DNA of 64,000 bases from positions 5,254 through 69,253 of the forward strand of contig CAZVMV010000004.1 in NCBI GenBank assembly GCA_964628855.1, in the 5' to 3' direction. This document shows, piece by piece, positions 1-9,106 of the stretch (positions within the stretch are counted from its first letter, which is position 1; each line of letters begins with the position of its first letter). Under the pieces are notes generated by a model. It worked only from the letters and a program-made list of their open reading frames with translations. It had not been told where the DNA came from and ran no database searches. The translations under genes were made by a program, and so were the position numbers. The stretch comes from an uncultured Gammaproteobacteria bacterium. Lineage in GTDB: Bacteria; Patescibacteriota; Patescibacteriia; UBA10025; JAHIVO01.

Positions 1-135
1 TCGCCAGTAAATTCATCGGGGACACGATATCTAAATATTTCATATAGAGCCCGCCCTAGCACGGTAAGCAATTTGATAAAAACTGTGGTAATATTACCTC
101 AGCAGATATTTTGCTTTTTTTAACCAAATAATTCC

Positions 136-753
136 ATGACCTCATCCGTAATAAACAGCCTTTTATTCTTTGTATGGTGCATTCTGCTGGCCGTTTTTTG
201 CATCTTAATTTGTATCGGGATCATCCGCCATTTCAGGAAATCGAAAAATAATGAGATTTCAGCCACTTCAGTGGAAGCCGTCACTCTACCGGGAAAGATA
301 TCCGCGCTACGCAAGGCAATTATCGGGACCGGCATGCTTGTCGTGATCCCGTTAATAATAGTCATCATTGCCTCTTTACGGCTGTTCACTTTTGACTATA
401 AGGTATCCGAAACTACAGCCCGCGACATTGAGAAGTATATTATCAGCAACAACCATAGCAACTCAGAAGAGATTGTTTCTTGGAATACGATATTCGGCAG
501 GATATATGCTGATGACTGTATTTATTTGTCTGAATATAGCGACAACAGTCCCGCCCTCATCAAAAAAGCGTCAGCCGTTATAGTCGAAAATATAAACCTA
601 TCATCGCTCCGTTTGGGCTGCTCCCCATTTGAAGTGACCTATTTTAATGCTAATGGTAACTTCCTGGCCAACTGTCCAGGCGACCTTGCCTGTCTGCTGA
701 TCGGCCACTATGACATCAATAAAGCCGACTATATTTACCCGGGTATAAAATAA
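136..753 (+). CDS. hypothetical membrane protein (two hydrophobic helices plus a C-terminal soluble domain)
   Basis: 205-codon ORF. Hydrophobic segments LLFFVWCILLAVFCILICIGII and GTGMLVVIPLIIVIIASL. No motif I recognise. Confidence 0.5.
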   Translation: MTSSVINSLLFFVWCILLAVFCILICIGIIRHFRKSKNNEISATSVEAVTLPGKISALRKAIIGTGMLVVIPLIIVIIASLRLFTFDYKVSETTARDIEKYIISNNHSNSEEIVSWNTIFGRIYADDCIYLSEYSDNSPALIKKASAVIVENINLSSLRLGCSPFEVTYFNANGNFLANCPGDLACLLIGHYDINKADYIYPGIK

Positions 754-763
754 TCTTGCATTC

Positions 764-1936
764 ATGAAAAAAATATTTACCAGCTTATGGATTGGGGCTA
801 TCGCGTTTACCGTATTTACTGTTTTTTACCCTTCCATGACGGCTAAGGCGTCAACTCCGGATGTGACCATAAATTTTTTCTGGGGTGATGGGTGTCCACA
901 TTGTGCTAAGGAAAAAATATTCCTGGCGGAGTTGGTAAAAAATTACGGTGAAAAAATCCAGATAAATTACTACGAAGTTTATTACAATAAGGAAAACCAG
1001 AGCCTGCTCCAAGAATTTGCCAGAGAACGAGGGAAAACCGTTTCCGGCGTACCCGCCACCTTTATCGGCCAGGAAGTAATCGTGGGGTTCAGTTCCAATG
1101 AAACGACCGGGGCTGATATTGAGGCTTTGATTAAAAAAGAATTAGAGACTACTCCAGATTCATCGGTCAGCGGCGCCAACCAGTCTGGCAATAAAATAAG
1201 AATTCCGCTCATCGGGATGGTGGATCCTCACGCCATCTCGCTGCCCTTTGTCACCGTCGTCCTGGCCGCTATCGACGGTTTCAACCCCTGTGCTATGTGG
1301 GTACTGGTGATGCTGATCAGTATGCTTATCGGAATGCAGAACAGGCGTCGGATGTGGATTCTTGGGTCAATATTCATCGCGTCTTCTGCCCTGGTTTATT
1401 TCATGTTCCTGGCGGCTTGGTTCAATTTGTTCAAATTCATCGGTATCGTCCGCTGGGTCCAGGTGCTGATCGGCTTGGTCGCCTTAGGCATCGGCATATA
1501 TTACTTGAGGCGTTTCTGGAAATCTCGCCCTGGCGCATGCGAAGTCACTAATCCTGAACAGCGGCGCAAATTGACGGACCGCATAAAGGATGTAATAAAA
1601 AAAGAGTCACTACTCCTTGCCATCGTAGGAATTATAGTTTTAGCTGCTATAGTTAACCTGATCGAACTAGCCTGTTCGGCCGGCTTGCCGGCAATTTTCA
1701 CCCAAATAGTGGCACTGAATGAATTGACTGGATGGCAATATTACGGATTATTATTTCTCTACATCTTCATCTTCATGCTCGATGACATGGTGGTCTTCGC
1801 TGTCGCCATGATGACCATGAAAATAACTGGCAGCACAGGCAAATACAGCCGATATGCCACTTTAATCGGCGGTATCGTCATCCTTTTGCTTGGAGTAGTC
1901 CTGATCGTCAGGCCGCAGCTACTCACCCTGAACTAA
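764..1936 (+). CDS. thioredoxin-fold domain (CPHC active site) fused to a polytopic DsbD/CcdA-like thiol-disulfide membrane domain
   Basis: Signal/anchor sequence, then FFWGDGCPHCAKEK (CxxC of a Trx/Grx fold). At least 6 hydrophobic helices follow, carrying conserved Cys in GFNPCAMWVL and ELACSAGLPAIF. The ATG lies 10 nt after the upstream stop. Confidence 0.75.
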   Translation: MKKIFTSLWIGAIAFTVFTVFYPSMTAKASTPDVTINFFWGDGCPHCAKEKIFLAELVKNYGEKIQINYYEVYYNKENQSLLQEFARERGKTVSGVPATFIGQEVIVGFSSNETTGADIEALIKKELETTPDSSVSGANQSGNKIRIPLIGMVDPHAISLPFVTVVLAAIDGFNPCAMWVLVMLISMLIGMQNRRRMWILGSIFIASSALVYFMFLAAWFNLFKFIGIVRWVQVLIGLVALGIGIYYLRRFWKSRPGACEVTNPEQRRKLTDRIKDVIKKESLLLAIVGIIVLAAIVNLIELACSAGLPAIFTQIVALNELTGWQYYGLLFLYIFIFMLDDMVVFAVAMMTMKITGSTGKYSRYATLIGGIVILLLGVVLIVRPQLLTLN

Positions 1937-1949
1937 AAAATCCGACCGT

Positions 1950-2468
1950 ATGCAAAAAAAGACGTTCGTACCAATTATTTTATTTATGGGAGGCCTGACG
2001 TTGGCGGGAATCGGCATGCTGTTCCCTTCCGTCAAGGACCTGCTGATGACCATCGCCTCTGCTGGCTATGTCGGCGCTTTCCTGGCAGGCATTCTATACG
2101 GCACCGCTTTCACGTCCAGCACCGCCACGATCATCCTGTTCGAGCTTACTAAAGAAAATAATCCGCTATTGGCTGCGATCATCGCCGGACTGGGATGCGC
2201 CCTGTACGATTTCGGCGTATTCGCTATTTTCCGCCGGCAGGAATCGCGCGGCATGTTCACGGCGATCAGGGAAAAATTTGATCATCAAGTATCATTTCCC
2301 CCTTGGCTGGCCAATATCATAGGCCTAGTGATCATCGCCTCGCCGTTGCCTGACGAATTATCAGCCGGCTTCATGAGCCTGACCAAGCTTAAGCCATGGC
2401 AATTTGCCATAATTTCTTGGCTAGCCAATATCTCTGGAATACTAATAATAATTTCCCTGGGGAGATAA
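1950..2468 (+). CDS. hypothetical polytopic membrane protein
   Basis: 172-codon ORF, 4-5 hydrophobic helices, 13 nt after the upstream gene. No catalytic motif recognised. Confidence 0.55.
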   Translation: MQKKTFVPIILFMGGLTLAGIGMLFPSVKDLLMTIASAGYVGAFLAGILYGTAFTSSTATIILFELTKENNPLLAAIIAGLGCALYDFGVFAIFRRQESRGMFTAIREKFDHQVSFPPWLANIIGLVIIASPLPDELSAGFMSLTKLKPWQFAIISWLANISGILIIISLGR

Positions 2469-2475
2469 TTACGCC

Positions 2476-3195
2476 TCACGCCACAACCTCGCTTACTACC
2501 GGGTAATGGTCCGACATGATCGGATCGGTAATGAAGTATGTTTTGACGACTCGGACATCGGTATTGGTGAATATATAATCAGGCAGGCGATCGGACATCC
2601 CGACCCTGTTCAAAAAATACCGCGCATATTTATTGGCCATGCTGATGGAAGATTTTTTATCTTCAGAAATAAGCCTGAATTGCGGCGGCAAACCCAGGGT
2701 GTCATGAACACAGTTGAAATCGCCAAATAAAAATGTCGGCCGATTATCTAATAACCTGACCAGCTGCCCCAACTGGTGTTTTTGGAGTTTATCACCTGAA
2801 GCATGAGGGGCATACGCCAGGTGCGTGTTTATTATCTGGAAATTTTTTCCATCTATTGTGATTTTGCAGCGGTGGATGCCCTTATGTGACGGTATTTCGT
2901 GCGTAATTATCGGCATCTTAAAAGGAATGTTTTCAACATCACTGATCGGGTAGCGGGAAAACAAAAATAACCCACTTCTATTGAATAATTTGCTCCGAAA
3001 TGGGCTCATGTTATAACCAGGCAATTGCCGCACTAAAAATTCAATATCACGATTAATAAACAATTCCTGTAGAGCAATTACGTCAAATTGCTCTTGCTTG
3101 AGCATGCTCAACATTAACCTGAGCCTGGTTTTTTTGCGCACTGAAAACGGCCACGGCAGCCCCCAAAAATTAAATGTCGCCATTTTAAGTCTCAT
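2476..3195 (-). CDS. endonuclease/exonuclease/phosphatase (EEP) family protein, sphingomyelinase/phosphoesterase-like
   Basis: EEP signature order: TFNFWGLP near the N-terminus, ALQE, NTHL, FGDFN, and C-terminal SDHYPV. Confidence 0.85.
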   Translation of the reverse strand: MRLKMATFNFWGLPWPFSVRKKTRLRLMLSMLKQEQFDVIALQELFINRDIEFLVRQLPGYNMSPFRSKLFNRSGLFLFSRYPISDVENIPFKMPIITHEIPSHKGIHRCKITIDGKNFQIINTHLAYAPHASGDKLQKHQLGQLVRLLDNRPTFLFGDFNCVHDTLGLPPQFRLISEDKKSSISMANKYARYFLNRVGMSDRLPDYIFTNTDVRVVKTYFITDPIMSDHYPVVSEVVA

Positions 3196-3306
3196 TGGCT
3201 ATATTGTATCCCACTCAGGCCAATATTCACAAATATCGTATACCGAAAATAGTTTTTTATCATAAAATATTGTATACTGTATGTGGTTTTCGATAACCAT
3301 ATTGCG

Positions 3307-5850
3307 ATGTCTCGCCAAAAAATACAACCCACAAATAACACAGGCCATCCGACCATTGACAATGAAGTGGCCGGCTTAAGTTCGGCAGAAGCGGCAAAAC
3401 GTTTACAGCAATATGGGGAAAATACGATCGCTAAAAAGAAACGGCTCAGGCCGGTGGTCGCCTTCCTGAAAAAATTTCAAAGCCCCTTAATCCTACTGTT
3501 GATTGCGGCGTCGGTCGTCTCTATGTTCCTAGGCCAAAGTACCGACGCGATCATCATCTTGATCATGGTTTCCATGTCGGCAATTTTGGATTTTGTTAAC
3601 ACGCAGCGGTCCGAGAAGGCCACCCAATCATTGATTTCCAAAGTGGCTGTCACCGCCACCGTGATCAGGGACGGACGTGAGCAGGAATTAAAAATCCATG
3701 AAATCGTGCCTGACGACGTCATCCAATTAACAGCCGGCAGCATTGTCCCTGCTGACTGTATCGTCCTCCAGGCCAAAGATTTTTTCATCAACCAGTCGGC
3801 TCTGACCGGCGAATCTTTCCCGGTAGAAAAAGCGCCGGCAACCGGTACGACTGACAAAAAACTGACGGATACAGAACAGCGCCATCTGGTCTTCATGGGC
3901 TCGAGCGTAGTTACTGGCTATGCCACTGTCCGGGTTGACAAAACCGGGACGGCTACGAAATATGGCGCAATCGCCGAAAGGTTGGCGGCCTCACCGGAAG
4001 AAACTGATTTCGAGAAAGGCATCAAGAAATTCAGCTACCTGATCATGCAGGTAACTTTTGTGCTGGTCGTGCTCGTGTTCGGAATTAATGCTTTCGTACA
4101 TCGCGGAATATTCGAATCCTTCATTTTCTCTCTCGCAATCGCCATTGGCCTGACTCCGGAACTCTTGCCCATGATTATCGCGCTTGCCCTCAGCCACGGT
4201 TCGATGAAGATGTCGAAAAAAAACGTGATTGTGAAAAACCTGTCCTCCATCCAGAACCTCGGGAGTATGGACATCCTCTGTACTGACAAGACCGGCACAT
4301 TGACGGAAAATAAAATTACGCTGGTCAAGCACGTAGACTGGTCAGGCCATGATTCGGATGAGGTGCTCTACTACACCTATCTGAACAGTATTTTCCATAC
4401 CGGGGTAAAAAACCCGCTCGACGGGGCAATACGTGAATTCAAGCATCTTGACGTGACGGGTTATAAAAAATATGACGAACTGCCGTTCGATTTCCAGCGC
4501 CGCCGCGAATCCATAGTCGTGGAAAAAGACAACAAACGCACCATCATCACCAAAGGCGCTCCGGAATTCATTTTGCCTATCTGCAAGACTTACCGCTCTG
4601 GCGGACGCGACCTGCCTTTTGACGGGTTGAACCGTGAGGCAGCCCAGCATGAATATGACGCATTGAGCCGTGACGGGTTCCGGGTCCTGGGGGTTTCATA
4701 CAAACCAGCAAAAATCCAGGCCGGGCCGTACGCCAACACAGAAGAGAACACCATGACGTTCCTGGGATTTGTGGCGTTTTACGATCCTCCCAAACAAACA
4801 GTGACAGAAGCCATCAGCGAGTTGGCCGCGCTCGGCGTGGAGATAAAAATACTGACGGGCGACAGCGAACTCCTCACGGAGAAAGTTTGCCGCGACATCG
4901 GCCTCCCGATCCGGGGCGTCACTACCGGAAATGACCTCCTGCACATGAGCGACGACGAACTGATGCATTTGGCCAACCGGACGACCATCTTTGCGCGTAT
5001 CGCACCCGCACAAAAAGAGCGCATCATCCTCATCCTGAAAAAAGCCAAACATTCGGTCGGATATCTCGGCGACGGCATTAATGACGCGCCCGCTTTGCGT
5101 GCCGCGGACGTAGGCATCTCGGTCAACAACGCCGTTGACGTGGCAAAAGACACGGCAGACATCATCTTGCTCCGGAAAAGTATGCGCGTTCTGCGTGACG
5201 GCGTGATCGAAGGCCGCAAGACATTCCAGAACACCATGAAATACATCCTGATGGGCTTGAGCTCCAATTTTGGGAACATGTTCTCCATGGCCGGACTGTC
5301 CGCCATCCTGCCCTTTTTCCCGATGCTCCCGTCCCAAGTCCTTTTAAACAATCTCATGTACGACTCCTCGCAATTCACCATTTCAACCGATAAGGTCGAT
5401 CAGAATGACATCCAGAAACCTTTGAAATGGGACATAAAATTCATCCGTAAATATATGTTCGTTTTCGGGCCGATCAGTTCGATTTTTGATTTCGCCACTA
5501 TCGGCGCGATGTATTATCTTTTCCATCCTGCCGTCCACCAGTTCCAGGCCGCCTGGTTCATGGAATCACTGGCCACTCAGACATTTGTCATTTACGTAAT
5601 CCGCACACGCAAATTCCCGTTTATCCAGAGTTCGCCGAGCAGGCTCTTGCTCACCACCACCCTTGGTTCGGTGATTATTGCCTGGCTATTGCCATTCGTT
5701 TTCCTGAACAAATACTTGAAGTTTGAACCGTTATCATGGAGCATGCTTGGGGCCATCACAGGCCTGGTTATCTTATATCTTTTCTGTGTTCAGGGAGTGA
5801 AGGTTTGGTTCTATCGTCGCATTGAACAAAAAACGTCTTTGGCAAGATAG
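3307..5850 (+). CDS. mgtA: magnesium-translocating P-type ATPase (MgtA family)
   Basis: P-type motifs TGES, CTDKTGTLT (phospho-Asp), TGD and GDGINDAPAL. TM4 motif TPELLPMI is typical of MgtA. About 850 aa. The ORF is also open from GTG at 3283, so ATG 3307 is my preferred start only. Confidence 0.9.
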   Translation: MSRQKIQPTNNTGHPTIDNEVAGLSSAEAAKRLQQYGENTIAKKKRLRPVVAFLKKFQSPLILLLIAASVVSMFLGQSTDAIIILIMVSMSAILDFVNTQRSEKATQSLISKVAVTATVIRDGREQELKIHEIVPDDVIQLTAGSIVPADCIVLQAKDFFINQSALTGESFPVEKAPATGTTDKKLTDTEQRHLVFMGSSVVTGYATVRVDKTGTATKYGAIAERLAASPEETDFEKGIKKFSYLIMQVTFVLVVLVFGINAFVHRGIFESFIFSLAIAIGLTPELLPMIIALALSHGSMKMSKKNVIVKNLSSIQNLGSMDILCTDKTGTLTENKITLVKHVDWSGHDSDEVLYYTYLNSIFHTGVKNPLDGAIREFKHLDVTGYKKYDELPFDFQRRRESIVVEKDNKRTIITKGAPEFILPICKTYRSGGRDLPFDGLNREAAQHEYDALSRDGFRVLGVSYKPAKIQAGPYANTEENTMTFLGFVAFYDPPKQTVTEAISELAALGVEIKILTGDSELLTEKVCRDIGLPIRGVTTGNDLLHMSDDELMHLANRTTIFARIAPAQKERIILILKKAKHSVGYLGDGINDAPALRAADVGISVNNAVDVAKDTADIILLRKSMRVLRDGVIEGRKTFQNTMKYILMGLSSNFGNMFSMAGLSAILPFFPMLPSQVLLNNLMYDSSQFTISTDKVDQNDIQKPLKWDIKFIRKYMFVFGPISSIFDFATIGAMYYLFHPAVHQFQAAWFMESLATQTFVIYVIRTRKFPFIQSSPSRLLLTTTLGSVIIAWLLPFVFLNKYLKFEPLSWSMLGAITGLVILYLFCVQGVKVWFYRRIEQKTSLAR

Positions 5851-5987
5851 GCCTCACGCAGAAAAGCAAATTACCAAAAACCTCTTAACTGAGCTGTTTT
5901 TTGTCCCGAAATTGACAACATCCGAAGAATCCGGTATCTTAACTTGAAAACCAAATCCACCGCACACCATTCAACATAGGAGGAATC

Positions 5988-6296
5988 ATGACGGGAGTAC
6001 CTTTCGTATTAGTCCGCAGCAATGGCAAAAGATTTCTAAGTCGCGACTTCATGACCACGACGACAGCGGAGCATTCCATTCTGAACGAATACACTAACCC
6101 CAAGTCGCGTGAAAACCTGATGGTCGGCGACCATATCTACGCCATCCCGACATTCAAATTCGCAACCGGCCTGCCATGGCAGGTTCTCCAATCCAGGGCT
6201 ACGCACGTCTTCCGGATCACCCCAAGCGAGGTGATCTGCGAAAATCACGGAGAACGGGCTTCGCTCCGCAAGCCACACTCCGCTAGTGGACTATAG
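5988..6296 (+). CDS. hypothetical protein
   Basis: 102-codon ORF with a GGAGG Shine-Dalgarno 6 nt upstream of the ATG, followed by a hairpin plus T-run terminator. Confidence 0.55.
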   Translation: MTGVPFVLVRSNGKRFLSRDFMTTTTAEHSILNEYTNPKSRENLMVGDHIYAIPTFKFATGLPWQVLQSRATHVFRITPSEVICENHGERASLRKPHSASGL

Positions 6297-6315
6297 GCTA
6301 ACGCCAAACAAATAT

Positions 6316-6342
6316 GAGCGGCCACCCGGCTGCTCTTTTTTT
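6316..6342 (+). terminator. rho-independent terminator
   Basis: GAGCGGCC-ACCC-GGCTGCTC hairpin (8 bp, one G-U pair) followed by TTTTTTT. Confidence 0.6.
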
Positions 6343-6413
6343 ATCCCCAAACACATGGCTAATCCCAGAACAATTTGCTATAATAAAAAACTAAATTATT
6401 TACATTCGATACA

Positions 6414-6734
6414 ATGTTCAAAAAACCTCTCCTCGCCAGCCTGATCCATTCCCTAGCAGTCGTCGCGTATGTCAGCCTAGTTGGCCTATTAATGAACAAT
6501 GGCGAAGCGCTGTTTGGGGATATTGACTCAGCCTTCCTCGGTCCGGTTGCCATGCTCCTGCTGTTTTGCGTATCCGCTGCCGTAGTCGGACTGTTGGTAT
6601 TCGGCCGGCCGATCTACCTGTTCCTGACCGGATTGCGACGTGAAGGGATCGTTTTTATGTTCTATACCATCGGCTGGCTGGCTATCGAGCTGATTACCCT
6701 TTTATCTTCCCTAATAATCAGTAATAATCTCTAA
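6414..6734 (+). CDS. hypothetical small membrane protein (3 TM helices)
   Basis: 106-codon ORF that is almost entirely hydrophobic helices. It abuts the PspC gene with a 3-nt gap. Confidence 0.5.
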   Translation: MFKKPLLASLIHSLAVVAYVSLVGLLMNNGEALFGDIDSAFLGPVAMLLLFCVSAAVVGLLVFGRPIYLFLTGLRREGIVFMFYTIGWLAIELITLLSSLIISNNL

Positions 6735-6737
6735 TCC

Positions 6738-7127
6738 ATGGAAACAACCGGAAAAAAACTTTATCGTGCCCGCACCAATAAAATGGTTGCTGGCGTCTGC
6801 GCCGGACTGGCCAGTTACTTAAACGTAGACGTAACTATCATCCGGATCATATTCGTGGCCGTCGCTCTGGCTGATGGGATAGGCATCCTCATTTACCTGA
6901 TCCTGGCCATCGTCCTGCCACAGGAATCAGAGGGAGAGCCTTCCGTTGTCCTGCCTCCGACCAATGCTTGGCTATCAAATAAACGTAATCTCATTGCAAT
7001 ACTCCTGATTATTATCGGCCTGGTGGCATTACTCAACCAGTTTGCCCCATGGAAATGGCTGCACTTACATCTGTTCTGGCCTGCCATCCTGGTCATTTTT
7101 GGCATTTACTTAATAATTAAAAAATAA
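6738..7127 (+). CDS. PspC domain-containing membrane protein
   Basis: N-terminal KLYRARTNKMVAGVCAGLASYLNVDVTIIRIIFV matches the PspC domain pattern. Two further TM helices follow. Confidence 0.8.
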   Translation: METTGKKLYRARTNKMVAGVCAGLASYLNVDVTIIRIIFVAVALADGIGILIYLILAIVLPQESEGEPSVVLPPTNAWLSNKRNLIAILLIIIGLVALLNQFAPWKWLHLHLFWPAILVIFGIYLIIKK

Positions 7128-7128
7128 T

Positions 7129-8130
7129 ATGGAAGAACAAGCGCATTCAAACCCGGGGGCGCCGGCTACCCCGCCCGAACCGCAGACGCCGCCGAAGGAA
7201 ACGATCAAGGAAATCCACCATCACCACTATCCGGAAAAAGGCCGGTTCCAATTCGGACGGATCGTGGTCGGACTGATCATTATTTTCATCGGCGTAGTCT
7301 ATCTAGCACAGGCCAATGGCTGGGCTGGCATTGACGTAAATCTCAATTGGGACAGATTATGGCCGCTGATAATCGTTTTTATCGGCCTGTCTATGCTGGG
7401 TGGCAAGGGCTGGATGTCCGGTACGATCGGCATCATCATCACCATCGCCATCCTGGCTATCGCTGCTTTACTCATCTTCACGCCGGCTGACAATACGAAT
7501 AAGTCGGTTACCACAGACACGATCGCCATCAGTAAGGAAGCCAACGCAACCAGCGCCGTGGTGGATATCAAAGCCGGAGCCGGCAACCTGACCATCAAAG
7601 AAGGGGCGTCCGACCTGGTGAATGGGACCCTAGAATCAAATGTCACGAAGATCTCCACCTCTTCCACCTTAAACGACAACATTCAGTCAGTAACATTAAA
7701 AGAAGACGCATATTCCTGGAGCGGCATAGGCCACAAAACAAATGACTTGGATCTGACTCTGAACGAATCCGTTCCGGTGAAATTAAGCCTGGATACCGGG
7801 GCTATGAGCATGAACCTGGATCTGAAAAAAATCAACGCCGAAGAAATAAACATCAATACCGGCGCCTCCAGCATGGATTTGGCTCTCGGCGACATACCAG
7901 CGTTGGCCAAATTAAATATCGATGCTGGGGCGAGCTCATTTAACATGAGCCTGCCTACCGGCGTCGGCGTGAAGATAAAAATTGACGCCGGCCTTTCCTC
8001 CAAAGATTTCCCGAACTTCAACAAGATTGATGACAACAATTACGAGACAGCCGACTACGCCTCAGCCCAAAAAAAGATTGAAATGGACCTGGATATGGGC
8101 GTATCCAGCATCAATATCGACTGGCGCTAA
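7129..8130 (+). CDS. LiaF/YvqF-like toastrack-domain membrane protein (His-rich N-terminus, 4 TM, repetitive beta C-terminal domain)
   Basis: Starts 1 nt after the PspC stop. HHHHY tract, four hydrophobic helices, then repeated 'GA(S/M)S(M/F)(D/N)L' beta-strand units as in DUF2154/DUF4097 toastrack domains. Confidence 0.6.
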   Translation: MEEQAHSNPGAPATPPEPQTPPKETIKEIHHHHYPEKGRFQFGRIVVGLIIIFIGVVYLAQANGWAGIDVNLNWDRLWPLIIVFIGLSMLGGKGWMSGTIGIIITIAILAIAALLIFTPADNTNKSVTTDTIAISKEANATSAVVDIKAGAGNLTIKEGASDLVNGTLESNVTKISTSSTLNDNIQSVTLKEDAYSWSGIGHKTNDLDLTLNESVPVKLSLDTGAMSMNLDLKKINAEEININTGASSMDLALGDIPALAKLNIDAGASSFNMSLPTGVGVKIKIDAGLSSKDFPNFNKIDDNNYETADYASAQKKIEMDLDMGVSSINIDWR

Positions 8131-8149
8131 TCACCCCAAATTACAAACC

Positions 8150-8181
8150 AAAAAAGCTCCCAAAAACTGGGAGCCTTTTTG
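8150..8181. terminator. bidirectional rho-independent terminator between convergent genes
   Basis: A-run, GCTCCCA-AAAAC-TGGGAGC hairpin, then CTTTTTG. It can function on both strands. Confidence 0.65.
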
Positions 8182-8199
8182 TATATACTTACGGAAGAA

Positions 8200-8535
8200 T
8201 TACCATGAGCTGGAGCCACCATGCCCGCCGCCGAACCCACCTCGGCCACGGCCGCCGCCAAATCCACCTGTGCGTTTTGGGCGATCGGTCATCGGGCGCG
8301 CCTCGTTTACCACGAGGGCCCGACCGGCCATTTCCTGGCCGTTGAGCATTTCAATGGCTTTCTGTGCCTCTTCGTCAGTAGCCATCTCCACGAAGCCGAA
8401 GCCCTTGGAGCGGCCTGACATACGATCCATGATCACCTGCGCCGATCCCACGTTGCCCGCTTGGGCGAAATGGTCGCGGAGCTGGTCGTCCGTAACACTG
8501 TAGGAAAGGTTTCCTACGTACAACTTCTTTGCCAT
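8200..8535 (-). CDS. RRM-type RNA-binding protein with a Gly/Arg-rich tail
   Basis: RNP2 KLYVGNL and RNP1 KGFGFVEM motifs. C-terminal tail GGFGGGRGRGGFGGGHGG. Confidence 0.9.
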   Translation of the reverse strand: MAKKLYVGNLSYSVTDDQLRDHFAQAGNVGSAQVIMDRMSGRSKGFGFVEMATDEEAQKAIEMLNGQEMAGRALVVNEARPMTDRPKRTGGFGGGRGRGGFGGGHGGSSSW

Positions 8536-8819
8536 GTCATTTTAAAATGACTTTGTTAAATTGTGCACTCTATTTAGGCAGACCTTTTCCTCTAATGTTA
8601 CGAACACATTAGATATCCCTAAAAAGATTCACGCGTATATACTAACAGTTAACGTCCCGGGTGTCAATGGCTATAGGCATGGCGTAATATCCGGGATTTG
8701 ATAGAATGATAATAGTTACTTTAAATCCAAACCAAACATATTAATATTAGTTATAAAGGTTGGATCAGTGAAAAAAAATAAAAATCAATGTTTAAATCTA
8801 ATTATTAACGACCAATAAT

Positions 8820-9053
8820 ATGTCCATGCTGATAGATTGGGAGCGCAATGTCGTCGATGAGGACGACATGCTCAACTACTTTTCATATAAGGAAAAAATG
8901 GAAAAATTCTACCCCCTGATGCAGAAAGCCCATGAGACTCACCAGAAACAACGGATGGAAGTGAAGATTAAGGGCCGGACTTATGAGTTCGTCGTAGACA
9001 AGGACGGGACGGGCAGCTTACGCAAGAAGCCCATCACTTCAAGCTGGTTCTAG
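8820..9053 (+). CDS. hypothetical small protein
   Basis: 77-codon ORF from ATG, hydrophilic, no recognisable motif. Confidence 0.4.
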   Translation: MSMLIDWERNVVDEDDMLNYFSYKEKMEKFYPLMQKAHETHQKQRMEVKIKGRTYEFVVDKDGTGSLRKKPITSSWF

Positions 9054-9106
9054 AGGGCTTGACATTCGGCTTAAAATGAGATAGGGTATCTGATTAACTT
9101 TCACGT

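Noticed and set aside
1-43. A possible minus-strand gene start (ATG at 43-41, MKYLDIVSPMNLLA...) running off the left edge.
   Set aside because: Only 14 codons are visible, so there is no way to support it as a feature.
120-583. The ORFs at 120-389 (minus strand) and 368-583 (plus strand, off-frame), which overlap the 136-753 gene.
   Set aside because: They are fully nested in or antisense to the longer membrane-protein ORF and have no independent support.
3196-3306. An Mg2+ riboswitch (M-box) upstream of mgtA.
   Set aside because: The intergenic region is only about 90-110 nt and is shared with a divergent gene. That is too short for an M-box, and no conserved M-box helices are evident.
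7982-8503. A 173-aa plus-strand ORF rich in Pro, Arg and Ser that overlaps the RRM gene.
   Set aside because: It is the antisense of the Gly-rich tail and RRM coding sequence (GGN codons read as NCC Pro). The minus-strand ORF has unambiguous RNP1 and RNP2 motifs.
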